Origin: Candidatus Poribacteria bacterium
Lineage (GTDB): Bacteria > Poribacteria > WGA-4E > GCA-2687025
DNA: 64,000 nt
Assembly (NCBI GenBank): GCA_016866785.1
Contig: VGLH01000002.1
Location: 14,086 to 78,085, forward strand
Reading direction: 5' to 3'
Shown: positions 10,432 to 19,637 of the stretch, one piece after another
How the letters are laid out: each line of letters opens with the position of its first letter
How positions within the stretch are numbered: the first letter of the stretch is position 1
Notes under the pieces: generated by a model
Seen by the model: the letters and a program-made list of their open reading frames with translations, nothing else
Told to the model about the DNA's origin: nothing
Databases searched by the model: none
Position numbers and translations under genes: made by a program

Positions 10432-10466
10432 GGTCGTCTCCTCCGTGTCGTCGGGTCTCGGACGAG

Positions 10467-11345
10467 CTAGAAGGCGCGGTCGACGAACTCGCGGTCGTGG
10501 ACGTTGACGGGCACCTTCGTCAGCTCCTGAACGCCTCGGGCGACGTGCTCCGCCAGCCGACGAAAAGCCTCTTCGCCCTTCTCCGCCGTCGCCCTCAGCG
10601 GATTCCCGATGACGCCGCTCTCGATGAACTCGTGGTGATCCATCGGGAACGTGAAATACTTGTAGCCCTCGAACTCGACGTCGGGCATACCGTCCTTCTT
10701 CTCGAAGCTCTTGGGGAGGTATTCGGGGATGTGCGCCTTCGTGAACTCCGCGCGCTCCATGCGCACGAACTCCTGGCTCCAGGCGAGGTCTTGGGACGTC
10801 TCCAACTCGCTGGCGTGCCAGCCGGGCGTCTCCTCGGGCGGGTTCTCCATGAGTCCCTTGAGGATGCCGACGTAGTTCTCCATGTAGGGCTTCACAAAGG
10901 CGATCAACGCGCCGGTTTCGTAGCGCAGCTTGCGCAGGATAGGATCGACGATCTTCACATTGGAGCCGTGTCCGTTGATGAAGATGATCCGGTTGAACCC
11001 ATGGTGGATGAGGCTCCGCGCGACGTCGTACATAAGGTTCAGCAGCGTCGTGCTGCGAACCGTGATCGTGCCTCGCCCCTCGCCCGGACGGTGCATGTGC
11101 TGGGGCGAATAGCCCATCCAGATGGGCGGCGTGTGCAGCACGGCGATCTGGCTGCAGACCCGTCGCGATATCTCGACGGCGGTCAGCGTGTCCGTCCACA
11201 GCGGCAGATGGGGCCCGTGCTGCTCCAGACTCGCCATCGGAACCAGCACCGTGTCCTTGTGCTGGAGGTACTCCTTGATGTCCGTGATCGTCAGCTCAGC
11301 CAGATTCCACGATCGGAACTTAGCTCGGAACTCCGCATCGCTCAC
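10467..11345 (-). CDS. creatininase family amidohydrolase
   Basis: ASLEQHGPHLPLWTD motif typical of the creatininase/ArfB/MftE family. ~290 aa. Start overlaps the upstream gene stop (ATGA at 11342-11345). Confidence 0.8.
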   Translation of the reverse strand: MSDAEFRAKFRSWNLAELTITDIKEYLQHKDTVLVPMASLEQHGPHLPLWTDTLTAVEISRRVCSQIAVLHTPPIWMGYSPQHMHRPGEGRGTITVRSTTLLNLMYDVARSLIHHGFNRIIFINGHGSNVKIVDPILRKLRYETGALIAFVKPYMENYVGILKGLMENPPEETPGWHASELETSQDLAWSQEFVRMERAEFTKAHIPEYLPKSFEKKDGMPDVEFEGYKYFTFPMDHHEFIESGVIGNPLRATAEKGEEAFRRLAEHVARGVQELTKVPVNVHDREFVDRAF

Positions 11346-12571
11346 GCGCGATCCTCCTTCGCCATGACGTTCAGGAACACATCCGCCACCTCCAGTCCGA
11401 ACGCCGTCTCGTTCACATGGCGGTCGAACATCATCACCGGGATGTCACTTCGCAGGTCGGCTCGCAACGCGGCAAGGAAGGCAGCGTCCGCGTCGGGATT
11501 CCAGAACGGACCCGTCGGCGTGTTCGGGATCGACAGTCCGCGTGTCGGAACCGCGATGACGACCGATCCCTTCGCAGGATTGAGCCTCTCGGCGAACAGG
11601 TGACCCAACTGGATCATCTCGTCGTGCGATGTGCGCACGAGTGTGTACTCAGGATTGTGGTCGTAGACCGGGCGGTCTCGCAACGGCTCGGGGACCGTCC
11701 CGGCGTTGAAGACGCTGAAGTCGATGCAACCGGGAACGATCACCTGCGGGAGCCCGACGGCTCCGACGCGCTTCAGGCGGTCCGGTCCGCCGTCGTGGAT
11801 GCCCCCGACCATCGGGTCGTAGACCTCGTTCGTCGTGAAGTCGATGACACCGACGAACTGCCCCGCCTCGGCGAGCTCCTCCATGGCGGGCCCGCCGACG
11901 CCGTTCGAGTGGAAGATGACCGCCTCGTACCCGTGTTCCGCGAGACGCGTCTTCAGCGACATGACTGCCGTCGTCGTGTTCCCAAGCATCGTGACGGCGA
12001 CGTACTTGCCCTCGGGCTCGGGCAGCTCGTGGCCATGCGCGAGCATCCCGGCTATCGCCGCCGCGACATTGTCGAAGACCGTGCAGGCGACGGGATTCAG
12101 CCCGAGGATGTCCACGATCGAGTGGACCGTCATGATATCGCGCGTGCCGACCAACGGCGCGAAGTAGTGCTTCCCCGACGCGATGGGCGAGACGAGCACC
12201 TTCGGCACGCCGACTGGCAGCACCATCATCGCCGCAGCGCCCATGACGGCTCCCTCGGCGCCGCCCATGCTCACCATCGCATGGCACTTCCCTTGTCGGT
12301 ATAGCTCAAGGGACAGCGTCCGAAGCGCCTCGCGCATCCCGTGGACGGCACGGCCCCGGCTCCCTGCGTTCCGAAGCTGCTCGATCGTGAAGCCGCCGTA
12401 CGTCGCGGCTTCCGCGCGGGAGATGTCCGGCTCGATGCCCAACGGCTCGCCCAGGATACCCGAATCCACGACGATGGGAGACAGCCCCAGCGACCGTAGG
12501 CGATCCCGGAGATAGGCGATCTCGGGGCCCTTCGTATCGAGTGTCCCGATGACAACGACGCTCTTGCTCAT
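11342..12571 (-). CDS. UPF0261 (Tm-1-like N-terminal domain) family protein
   Basis: N-terminus MSKSVVVIGTLDTKGPEIAYLRDRL...IVVDSGILGEP matches the UPF0261 signature. Start at internal ATG 12571; the 40-aa R-rich extension was rejected. Confidence 0.8.
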   Translation of the reverse strand: MSKSVVVIGTLDTKGPEIAYLRDRLRSLGLSPIVVDSGILGEPLGIEPDISRAEAATYGGFTIEQLRNAGSRGRAVHGMREALRTLSLELYRQGKCHAMVSMGGAEGAVMGAAAMMVLPVGVPKVLVSPIASGKHYFAPLVGTRDIMTVHSIVDILGLNPVACTVFDNVAAAIAGMLAHGHELPEPEGKYVAVTMLGNTTTAVMSLKTRLAEHGYEAVIFHSNGVGGPAMEELAEAGQFVGVIDFTTNEVYDPMVGGIHDGGPDRLKRVGAVGLPQVIVPGCIDFSVFNAGTVPEPLRDRPVYDHNPEYTLVRTSHDEMIQLGHLFAERLNPAKGSVVIAVPTRGLSIPNTPTGPFWNPDADAAFLAALRADLRSDIPVMMFDRHVNETAFGLEVADVFLNVMAKEDRA

Positions 12572-12594
12572 GCGTTGCGTCTCCTCGATTGCCG

Positions 12595-13692
12595 TCAGGC
12601 GACGTTCGCGGCGAGCAGCTCGTAGAGCCCCTGCACGCGCACGCCGAACTTCGGGGCGTGCTTGGCAAGCTGCGCCAGTGTGCCGGAGCACTCGGTCACG
12701 ACCGTCTCCGCCCCGACGTTCTTGGCGTCATCGAGACGCGAGTACGTCAGGTGGTTCGATATCTTCGGCTGCGTGAACTGCAACGCCGTGTTGCCCGACG
12801 GGTGCGCACGCTCTCGCCGCCAGAAGAGCTCGACCGGCGGACCCCCGACGACCGTACCCAAGAGCCGACGCGGGGCTTCGTGACGCGATGCGACTCGGAC
12901 AGCGTGCGTCGGATCGACATAGGCGCACTTGCCCAAACCGTCCGCCGCGCGGAGCCGCAACCGACCCGACTCCGCCGCCCCAGACAGGAACGACACGACC
13001 TCGATCACCTCGACGCCGTCAGGCAGAGCCAGCCCGAGCCGTTCGTCGTAGAGCCGCGCGAAGGCGTCGTAGTCGCCAGCCGAGAGGACGAACAGCCGCC
13101 GCGCTCCCGTTGCAGCGAGCTCCGCCAGGTTCGCCTCTGCGATGCTCTTTGCCGTTTCGTAGAGTCCGAGCGACGCCGGCAAGTAACCGCTGTTCCGCCC
13201 AACACCGATCAGGGCTGGCTTTACGCCTGCGCGTTCGAGGAGGCTGAGTGCGGCGTCGAGCGCCGAGCTCCAGGCGTGTTTCGCGTCGTCCCCCACGAAC
13301 AGGGCGTCCGCCGCCTTCGCGACGGGGTCCGAGGACGATGGTTCGCCATACGGGTTCCCGAACTGGCGAAGCCTCGCGTCCAGGTCAGCGACGACGTCAG
13401 GCATCAGACCTGCCGAGATCACCGACTGCCTTGCCAGTGCGATGGCGTCTGGCAGCGCCTGATCCGTCACGCAGTTGGCGCGGCATGTGCCGCAGTCGGC
13501 ACAAGCGTAGAGGACATCGACCGTCTTCTCGTCCCACGCGATCAGTCCGCGCTCGACCGACGCGATGAGCAGACCCCAGCCGTGGGGCGTGAGCGACTCG
13601 CGCCGCGTCACGTGCCCGACTGGGCAGACGTGCCGGCACATGAGGCAATAGCGGCAGTTGTCGCTGATCGGAGTGGAGTCGATGATCTGCAT
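12595..13692 (-). CDS. (Fe-S)-binding protein, GlcF/GlpC-like (two 4Fe-4S motifs plus CCG domains)
   Basis: CRYCLMCRHVCP and CADCGTCRANC ferredoxin motifs at the N-terminus. Cys-rich CCG-type C-terminal half. Confidence 0.8.
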   Translation of the reverse strand: MQIIDSTPISDNCRYCLMCRHVCPVGHVTRRESLTPHGWGLLIASVERGLIAWDEKTVDVLYACADCGTCRANCVTDQALPDAIALARQSVISAGLMPDVVADLDARLRQFGNPYGEPSSSDPVAKAADALFVGDDAKHAWSSALDAALSLLERAGVKPALIGVGRNSGYLPASLGLYETAKSIAEANLAELAATGARRLFVLSAGDYDAFARLYDERLGLALPDGVEVIEVVSFLSGAAESGRLRLRAADGLGKCAYVDPTHAVRVASRHEAPRRLLGTVVGGPPVELFWRRERAHPSGNTALQFTQPKISNHLTYSRLDDAKNVGAETVVTECSGTLAQLAKHAPKFGVRVQGLYELLAANVA

Positions 13693-13701
13693 GGCGGTCT
13701 C

Positions 13702-15138
13702 CTAAGCTCCGAAGCCGATCTTGCCGGGGTTCATGATGCCGTTGGGGTCGATCGCCTTCTTGAGGCTGACGAGCAGGTCCCACGCGGGCCCGTACTGCAT
13801 CCGCGCGAAGCGGCCGAGCTTCAGTCCAACCCCGTGGTGGTCATTGATCATCCCGCCGTGCTCGAAAGACGCCCGCACTGCCGTGGTCCAGACGCGGTTG
13901 TGGAGGGTGAGCGCCTCTTCGGCGTCCTCGGGCGGCTCCTCGATGATGAACCGGTCGTAGAGGCTGACACCCCAGTGGTACCAGTGCGAGAAGTGTCCGA
14001 TGTACTGGACGCCATGGTCGGCGTAGGTCTCCTCGACTGCGCGCTTCTTCGCCCAGTAAAGCGCCTCGATCTTGTCATAGGTCGTGACCGTCTCCGTCGT
14101 GCCGTACATCCACGGAAGCTTGAGGCTCTTGGGCGGGTAGTAGAAGTCGTAGCGATGGTTCCACCAGCGCTCGCCGGGCTCCCTGCCCAGGTCGCGTGCG
14201 CCGAGCTCGTCGAAGATCGCCATCGCCTTCCGTTCCTGGAGCGCGGCGATGTCCGGGTCGCCGTCGAACCCGACGACCATGTAGGAGCCCTCGAGCTCGT
14301 AGCCGAGCACGCGCTTCACCTGCGACGCCGTCGAATGTGCGTCGTAGAGCCGAATGACGAACGGATCGAGCCGCCGCGTCATCAGCCGTCGTCCCGCTTC
14401 GAGAGCCTTCGACAGGTCCTCGAACAAGAGCGCTCGGAGATACCGCGCCTCCGGGATATGATCCACCTGAACCGTCGCCTCGGTGATGATGCCCATCGTG
14501 CCCTCAGCCCCGAGGAAGATGCGTCCGAAGTCGGGACCGGACGAGTGGTTGGGGACAGCCGGCGTGCGGATGATCGTCCCGTTGGGGAGAACGACTTGCA
14601 TCGTCATGACGAGGTCTTCAGCTTTTCCGTACTTCGTGCTGATCGTACCGGTTCCTCGCGCGGCGAGAAAGCCAGCGAGCGTCGCGCAGTTGGAGGATGC
14701 GGGATAGTGAGGGAAGGTCAAGCCCTTCTCGTTGAGCGCCCACTCGAGCTGCTCGTTGATGATCCCCGCCTGCGCTGTGGCTTTGAGCGACTTCTCGTCG
14801 ATCTCGATGATCTTACTGAGCCGCTTGGTATCGACGACGATGCCTCCGTGCGTCGCCAACGCTCCGCCCTGCGTTCCCGATCCGCCGCCGTAGGGTACGA
14901 CGGGAATCCGGTACCCGTTGGCGATCTTCATGATGTCCGCGATCTCTTCCGGAGACCCCGGATGCACGATGACGTCCGGCTTCGACAGCGGCTGGCCCCT
15001 GTCGAGCCACATCTGCGCCATCCACGACCAGTCGGTCGAGTAGACGAGCCGATCCGTCTCGTCCGTCGAGACGAACGCCTCGCCGACAACGTCCTCGAGC
15101 TCGCTCCGGACCATCTGCCCGAATATGCCCAACGCCAT
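13702..15138 (-). CDS. FAD-binding oxidase (GlcD / D-lactate dehydrogenase-like)
   Basis: FAD_binding_4-type segment (VIVHPGSPEEIADIMKIANGYRIPVVPYGGGSGTQGG). Start at internal ATG 15138. Tight junction (9 nt) with the Fe-S partner. Confidence 0.85.
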   Translation of the reverse strand: MALGIFGQMVRSELEDVVGEAFVSTDETDRLVYSTDWSWMAQMWLDRGQPLSKPDVIVHPGSPEEIADIMKIANGYRIPVVPYGGGSGTQGGALATHGGIVVDTKRLSKIIEIDEKSLKATAQAGIINEQLEWALNEKGLTFPHYPASSNCATLAGFLAARGTGTISTKYGKAEDLVMTMQVVLPNGTIIRTPAVPNHSSGPDFGRIFLGAEGTMGIITEATVQVDHIPEARYLRALLFEDLSKALEAGRRLMTRRLDPFVIRLYDAHSTASQVKRVLGYELEGSYMVVGFDGDPDIAALQERKAMAIFDELGARDLGREPGERWWNHRYDFYYPPKSLKLPWMYGTTETVTTYDKIEALYWAKKRAVEETYADHGVQYIGHFSHWYHWGVSLYDRFIIEEPPEDAEEALTLHNRVWTTAVRASFEHGGMINDHHGVGLKLGRFARMQYGPAWDLLVSLKKAIDPNGIMNPGKIGFGA

Positions 15139-15218
15139 TGCTGCCCCCGATGTGACGGATTGCCTCTTCCCAATGCCCGACGTGCCGTGGATTGATGCCT
15201 TCCGCGCCTGTGTGCTAA

Positions 15219-15240
15219 GGTCGTGTCCCGCGACACGACC
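15219..15240. promoter_or_regulatory. perfect 9-4-9 palindrome (GGTCGTGTC-ccgc-GACACGACC) in divergent promoter region
   Basis: Read directly from the sequence. It sits 25 nt upstream of the esterase ATG (15265) and ~80 nt upstream of the GlcD-like operon start (15138) on the other strand. Confidence 0.5.
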
Positions 15241-15264
15241 CGCGCGCTCCGAGGAGTCCCACTC

Positions 15265-17733
15265 ATGCGTTGCCCGGCGTCGCTCATGTGCCTGCTGGCA
15301 GCAGTCGTCCTCTCGCCTTCGGCGTTGTCGCCAGTGTGTGCCGAACCGATCGTGCCGACAAGCTGTCTGATGATCGCTCGCGTCGCCCGGACCGGGCGAA
15401 CGCCTCTTCACACAGACTTCGTCGAGGCTCAGATTATCCGCGACGCCCCGCCGCCGCAAGAGGGAGACGCCATCGCCTTGGCAGACGGCGAGAGCGCCGT
15501 CTGGGAGCGGTCCGAGCTCGACGCCGACGGGAACTTCTCGGGCTCGTTCCGAGGCGGATACGCCTATGTCGCCGTGGACGTGCCGGATGCGCGTGTGATG
15601 ATCCTCGAAGCGTCAGGCACGCGGGAGGTCACGGTCAACGGAGAACCACGCGTTGGCGATCTCTATGGCACAGGGATCGTTCGGCTTCCCGTCCGTCTCC
15701 GCTCAGGCAGGAACGACCTCTATTTCGCCGCCGGGCGAGGCCGGCTGCGCGTCCGACTCGTCGAGCCCGACGCTCCGTCGATGATCCAGGCGCCCGACAT
15801 GACCCTTCCCGACCTCATTGCCGGCGAAGCCTCCGACATGTGGAGCGCTGCCGTGGTCGTCAACGCCTCATCGGCTGCGCTCACTGGCGCGCGGATCGCC
15901 GCCCAGATCGGCAACTCAGTTGTCGAGACGGACACACCGGCGATCGCGCCGCTCAGCATGCGCAAGGTCGAGTTCCGCATCGCGGCAGAGCCGATCGCTG
16001 ACCACACCGAAGTCCCGCTCCGGCTGACGCTCCTGAGCGCGTCCAGAGCCGCCCTTCACGAGCAGACGACGACCCTTCGCGTCCGCACCTCGACGCAGAC
16101 GCGAAAGGTGACGTTCGTCAGCGGTATCGACGGGAGCGTCCAGTACTACGCGGTGAATCCCTCCTACGGTGAGTCCGGCTCCCGTCCGGCGCTTGTACTG
16201 ACGCTCCACGGCGCGGGCGTCGAAGCCATCGGTCAGGCGGACGCCTACTCGCCGAAGTCGTGGGCGCACATCGTCGCGCCGACGAACCGTCGCCCCTACG
16301 GTTTCGATTGGGAGGATTGGGGCAGGATCGACGCCATCGAGGTGCTCGACTTGGCACAGTCATCGCTGCGCACCGATCCGTCGCGGACGTACTTGACGGG
16401 ACACTCCATGGGCGGGCACGGCACGTGGCAGGTGGGAGGTACGGTTCCGTCGCGCTTCGCCGCCATCGGGCCCAGCGCTGGGTGGATCAGTTTCCGCACG
16501 TACAGCGGCCGGCGCGAACCGGACTCGCCCAGCTACTTCGGCGACGGGCTCCTGACGCGTGCTGCGGCATCGAGCGACACGCTGGCGCTCGTGCCGAACT
16601 ACGAGCACTACGGCGTCTACGTCCTCCACGGCGACGCCGACGACAACGTGCCGGTCGAGCAGGCGCGACAGATGCGCGAGCAGCTCGAGCCGTTCCACAA
16701 GGACTTCCAGTACTTCGAGCAGCCGGGCGCGGGGCACTGGTGGGACGCGTCGGACGAGCCGGGCGCCGACTGTGTGGACTGGGCACCGATGTTCGATTTC
16801 TTCGCCCGCCACGCCGTGCCTTCTGACCGGGCAACACGACGCGTCCGGTTCATCACTGCGAATCCGTCGGCGTCTGCCGACTCTCACTGGCTTCGCATCG
16901 AGGCGCAACAGCGGGCGCTAGTACCGAGCTCGGCAGATGTGACCATGGACCCACACCGACGCCGGTTCCGTGGAACCACGGAAAACGTCGAGAGGCTGTC
17001 GCTCGACGCGTCGGTACTGACCGACGGAGAGATCGTCGTCGAGCTCGACGGTTCGCACCTCACGGTTCCAGCGCCAACGAACGGTCGGCTGGTCCTGGCA
17101 CGTACGCCCGATGGCTGGACTCATGCGCCGGCTGCCGATAGCTGGTCGAAGGGCCCAGTGCGCGGTGGGCTCTTCAAGGCAGCCTTCACCAACCGGTTCG
17201 TGTTCGTCGTCGGGACGCGCGGCTCGGAAGCCGAGACGACTTGGGCTCGGGCGAAGGCTCGGTACGACTCCGAACAGTGGTGGTATCGCGGAAACGGTTC
17301 TGTCGAAATCATCGACGACGCGGCTTTCTCGCCGTCGGAGTACACAGACCGGAGCGTCATTCTCTACGGGAACGCCGACACGAACGCCGCGTGGAGCGTC
17401 CTGCTTCCCGACTGCCCGGTACGTGTGACACGGGGATCGGTCGCCATCGGCGACAGGGCGGTCCAGGGGGATGACCTGGCGTGCCTATTCGTCTATCCAC
17501 GAGCTGACAGCGACACGGCAAGCGTCGGTGTCGTCAGCGGAACCGGCATCGTGGGCTCGCGCCTCACAGACCGCCTGCCCTACTTCCTCTCCGGCGTTGG
17601 GTACGCCGATGTGACCGTGATGGGTTCGGAGACGCTGACGGAACCGACGGCAGGCGTCCGGGTCACCGGCTTCTTCGGCAACGACTGGAGCGTCGAACGC
17701 GGCGAGTTCGTCTGGCGCGACGCCGCTCCGTGA
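15265..17733 (+). CDS. secreted alpha/beta-hydrolase fold esterase (large multidomain)
   Basis: Start at the ATG preceded by GAGGAG. Signal peptide MRCPASLMCLLAAVVLSPSALSPVCA. Central esterase core with nucleophile elbow GHSMGG and LHGDADDNVP. Confidence 0.7.
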   Translation: MRCPASLMCLLAAVVLSPSALSPVCAEPIVPTSCLMIARVARTGRTPLHTDFVEAQIIRDAPPPQEGDAIALADGESAVWERSELDADGNFSGSFRGGYAYVAVDVPDARVMILEASGTREVTVNGEPRVGDLYGTGIVRLPVRLRSGRNDLYFAAGRGRLRVRLVEPDAPSMIQAPDMTLPDLIAGEASDMWSAAVVVNASSAALTGARIAAQIGNSVVETDTPAIAPLSMRKVEFRIAAEPIADHTEVPLRLTLLSASRAALHEQTTTLRVRTSTQTRKVTFVSGIDGSVQYYAVNPSYGESGSRPALVLTLHGAGVEAIGQADAYSPKSWAHIVAPTNRRPYGFDWEDWGRIDAIEVLDLAQSSLRTDPSRTYLTGHSMGGHGTWQVGGTVPSRFAAIGPSAGWISFRTYSGRREPDSPSYFGDGLLTRAAASSDTLALVPNYEHYGVYVLHGDADDNVPVEQARQMREQLEPFHKDFQYFEQPGAGHWWDASDEPGADCVDWAPMFDFFARHAVPSDRATRRVRFITANPSASADSHWLRIEAQQRALVPSSADVTMDPHRRRFRGTTENVERLSLDASVLTDGEIVVELDGSHLTVPAPTNGRLVLARTPDGWTHAPAADSWSKGPVRGGLFKAAFTNRFVFVVGTRGSEAETTWARAKARYDSEQWWYRGNGSVEIIDDAAFSPSEYTDRSVILYGNADTNAAWSVLLPDCPVRVTRGSVAIGDRAVQGDDLACLFVYPRADSDTASVGVVSGTGIVGSRLTDRLPYFLSGVGYADVTVMGSETLTEPTAGVRVTGFFGNDWSVERGEFVWRDAAP

Positions 17734-17760
17734 CGCGCACGACCGCGGGAAGGACAACCC

Positions 17761-19053
17761 ATGGCTCGACCCAACATCATCTATCTGCACTCGCACGACA
17801 CAGGTCGGTACATCCAGCCCTACGGTTACGACGTGCCGACGCCCAACTTCCAGCGGCTCGCCGACGAAGGCATCGTGTTCCGCCATGCCTTCTGTGCGGC
17901 TCCGACCTGCTCTCCGAGCCGAGCCGCGCTCCTCACAGGCCAGTCCGCACACTCCAGCGGCATGTTGGGGCTCGCGCATCGCGGCTTCTCGCTGAACGAC
18001 TACCGGCAGCACATCGTCCATGTCTTGCGGGAAGCCGGCTACCGGTCAACGCTGTGCGGCGTGCAGCACGTCGCGCGAGACGCATCCGCCATCGGGTACG
18101 ACGAGATTATCCTGACCCCCGGCCGCGATATCGCCGGAGCGGCAGCGCGGTTCCTGTCGAACGCTCCGAGCCAGCCGTTCTTCCTGTCGTGCGGATTCTT
18201 CACGACGCACCGCGAGTTCCCGCAACCGGGCCCGGAAGACGATCCGCGCTACTGTCGTCCTCCTGCGCCATTGCCTGACACATCGGAGACGCGGCGAGAC
18301 ATGGCGGCGTACCGCACCTCAGCCCGGCAACTCGACACAGACATCGGAACCGTCCTCGACGCCCTCGAGGCGTCCGGACTGGCTGGGAACACGCTCGTCG
18401 TGAACACGACCGATCACGGGCTGGCGTTTCCCGGGATGAAGTGCAACCTGACCGACCACGGGATCGGCGTTCTGCTCATCATACGAGGTCCCGGAGGCTT
18501 CAGCGGAGGACGCGTCGTCGACGGGATCGTGTCGCACATCGACATCATGCCGACGCTCTGCGAAGTCGCCGGTATCGACGTTCCGTCGTGGGCGCAGGGG
18601 AAGTCGCTAATGCCGCTCGTGCGCGGCGACGCGGACGAGGTAAACGAGGACGTCTACGCCGAAGTCACCTACCACGCCGCGTACGAGCCGCAGCGCGCGG
18701 TGCGCACGAAGCGGTGGAAGTACATCCGTCGCTACGGGAACCAGCCGACGCCGGTGCTGCCGAACTGCGACGACAGCCCCAGCAAAAACGTGTGGCTAGA
18801 GAACGGATGGCGCACGCGGATCGTCGCACGCGAGCAGCTCTACGACCTGGCGTTCGACCCGAACGAGACGTCCAGCGTCGTCGCGGATCCCGCGATGGCA
18901 GACGTGCTCGCGGACATGCGCGGTCGGCTCGACCGATGGATGGAACGCACGGACGACCCGCTGCTGCGCGGCGATGTGCCCGCGCCATCCGGCGCGCAGG
19001 TGAACGACCCCCTTGGGCTGTCGCCTCGTGAGCCGACGATCCCCGTGTCCTGA
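17761..19053 (+). CDS. sulfatase (arylsulfatase family, formylglycine-dependent)
   Basis: N-terminal sulfatase signature with CxPxR motif (CAAPTCSPSRAALLTGQ). ~430 aa. Confidence 0.9.
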   Translation: MARPNIIYLHSHDTGRYIQPYGYDVPTPNFQRLADEGIVFRHAFCAAPTCSPSRAALLTGQSAHSSGMLGLAHRGFSLNDYRQHIVHVLREAGYRSTLCGVQHVARDASAIGYDEIILTPGRDIAGAAARFLSNAPSQPFFLSCGFFTTHREFPQPGPEDDPRYCRPPAPLPDTSETRRDMAAYRTSARQLDTDIGTVLDALEASGLAGNTLVVNTTDHGLAFPGMKCNLTDHGIGVLLIIRGPGGFSGGRVVDGIVSHIDIMPTLCEVAGIDVPSWAQGKSLMPLVRGDADEVNEDVYAEVTYHAAYEPQRAVRTKRWKYIRRYGNQPTPVLPNCDDSPSKNVWLENGWRTRIVAREQLYDLAFDPNETSSVVADPAMADVLADMRGRLDRWMERTDDPLLRGDVPAPSGAQVNDPLGLSPREPTIPVS

Positions 19054-19083
19054 GTTGCCTTGGCGCCTTTGGAGGCAACGTCG

Positions 19084-19635
19084 ATGGAAAACCCATCAAC
19101 TGTACCAGCACGACCCAAGAGGAGAGCGCGTCCCATGCTCCTCCCGACGCTCGTCATGGCGGCGCTTGCCGTTGTCCTGGTGTTCGTGGGCTACCGCAAC
19201 GGGACGAACCAGCACATCGCAGGGGCGAAGCTGGCAGGGAATATGCTGCTGTCGATCCTCCCGCTGCTCGTCTTCGCGTTCCTGGTGGCAGGCATGATGC
19301 AGGTGCTCATCCCCCGCGAGCTGCTCTCGAAGTGGATCGGGGCGGAATCGGGGTGGCGCGGCATCCTGATCGGAACCGTGGTCGGTGGCTTCATGCCGGG
19401 CGGGCCCTACGTCAGCCTGCCGGTCGTGCTCGGACTGTTGAAGGCTGGGGCGAGCGTCGGCACGTCCGTCGCGCTCCTCACGTCGTGGTCGCTCTGGGCG
19501 GTCGCCCGGTTGCCGATGGAGATCGGGATACTCGGCTGGCGGTTCACGCTCGTGCGGTTCGTCAGCACGTTCGCGTTCCCGCCCATCGCGGGCTGGCTTG
19601 CTCAGGCTGTCTTCGGAAACTTCCGCGTGACGTGA
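19084..19635 (+). CDS. permease-family membrane protein (DUF318/YraQ-like half-size)
   Basis: GGAGG sits 8 nt before the ATG. Multiple TM helices. Motif LIPRELLSKWIG...GFMPGGPYVSLPVV resembles predicted-permease DUF318 proteins. Confidence 0.55.
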   Translation: MENPSTVPARPKRRARPMLLPTLVMAALAVVLVFVGYRNGTNQHIAGAKLAGNMLLSILPLLVFAFLVAGMMQVLIPRELLSKWIGAESGWRGILIGTVVGGFMPGGPYVSLPVVLGLLKAGASVGTSVALLTSWSLWAVARLPMEIGILGWRFTLVRFVSTFAFPPIAGWLAQAVFGNFRVT

Positions 19636-19637
19636 GC

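Noticed and set aside
8525-10470. Two overlapping ~520-aa ORFs (8525-10084 minus, 8878-10470 plus)
   Set aside because: They overlap the dienelactone hydrolase and TIM-barrel isomerase genes, which have clear motifs. These have arginine-rich junk translations.
12589-15195. 868-aa plus-strand ORF spanning the GlcF-like and GlcD-like genes
   Set aside because: It is opposite to two well-supported genes. Its composition is dominated by R, P, D and L with no domain signatures.
15223-15264. GTG start extending the esterase ORF by 14 aa
   Set aside because: The extension lies across the 15219-15240 palindrome and lacks an RBS. The ATG at 15265 has a GAGGAG RBS and begins a canonical signal peptide.
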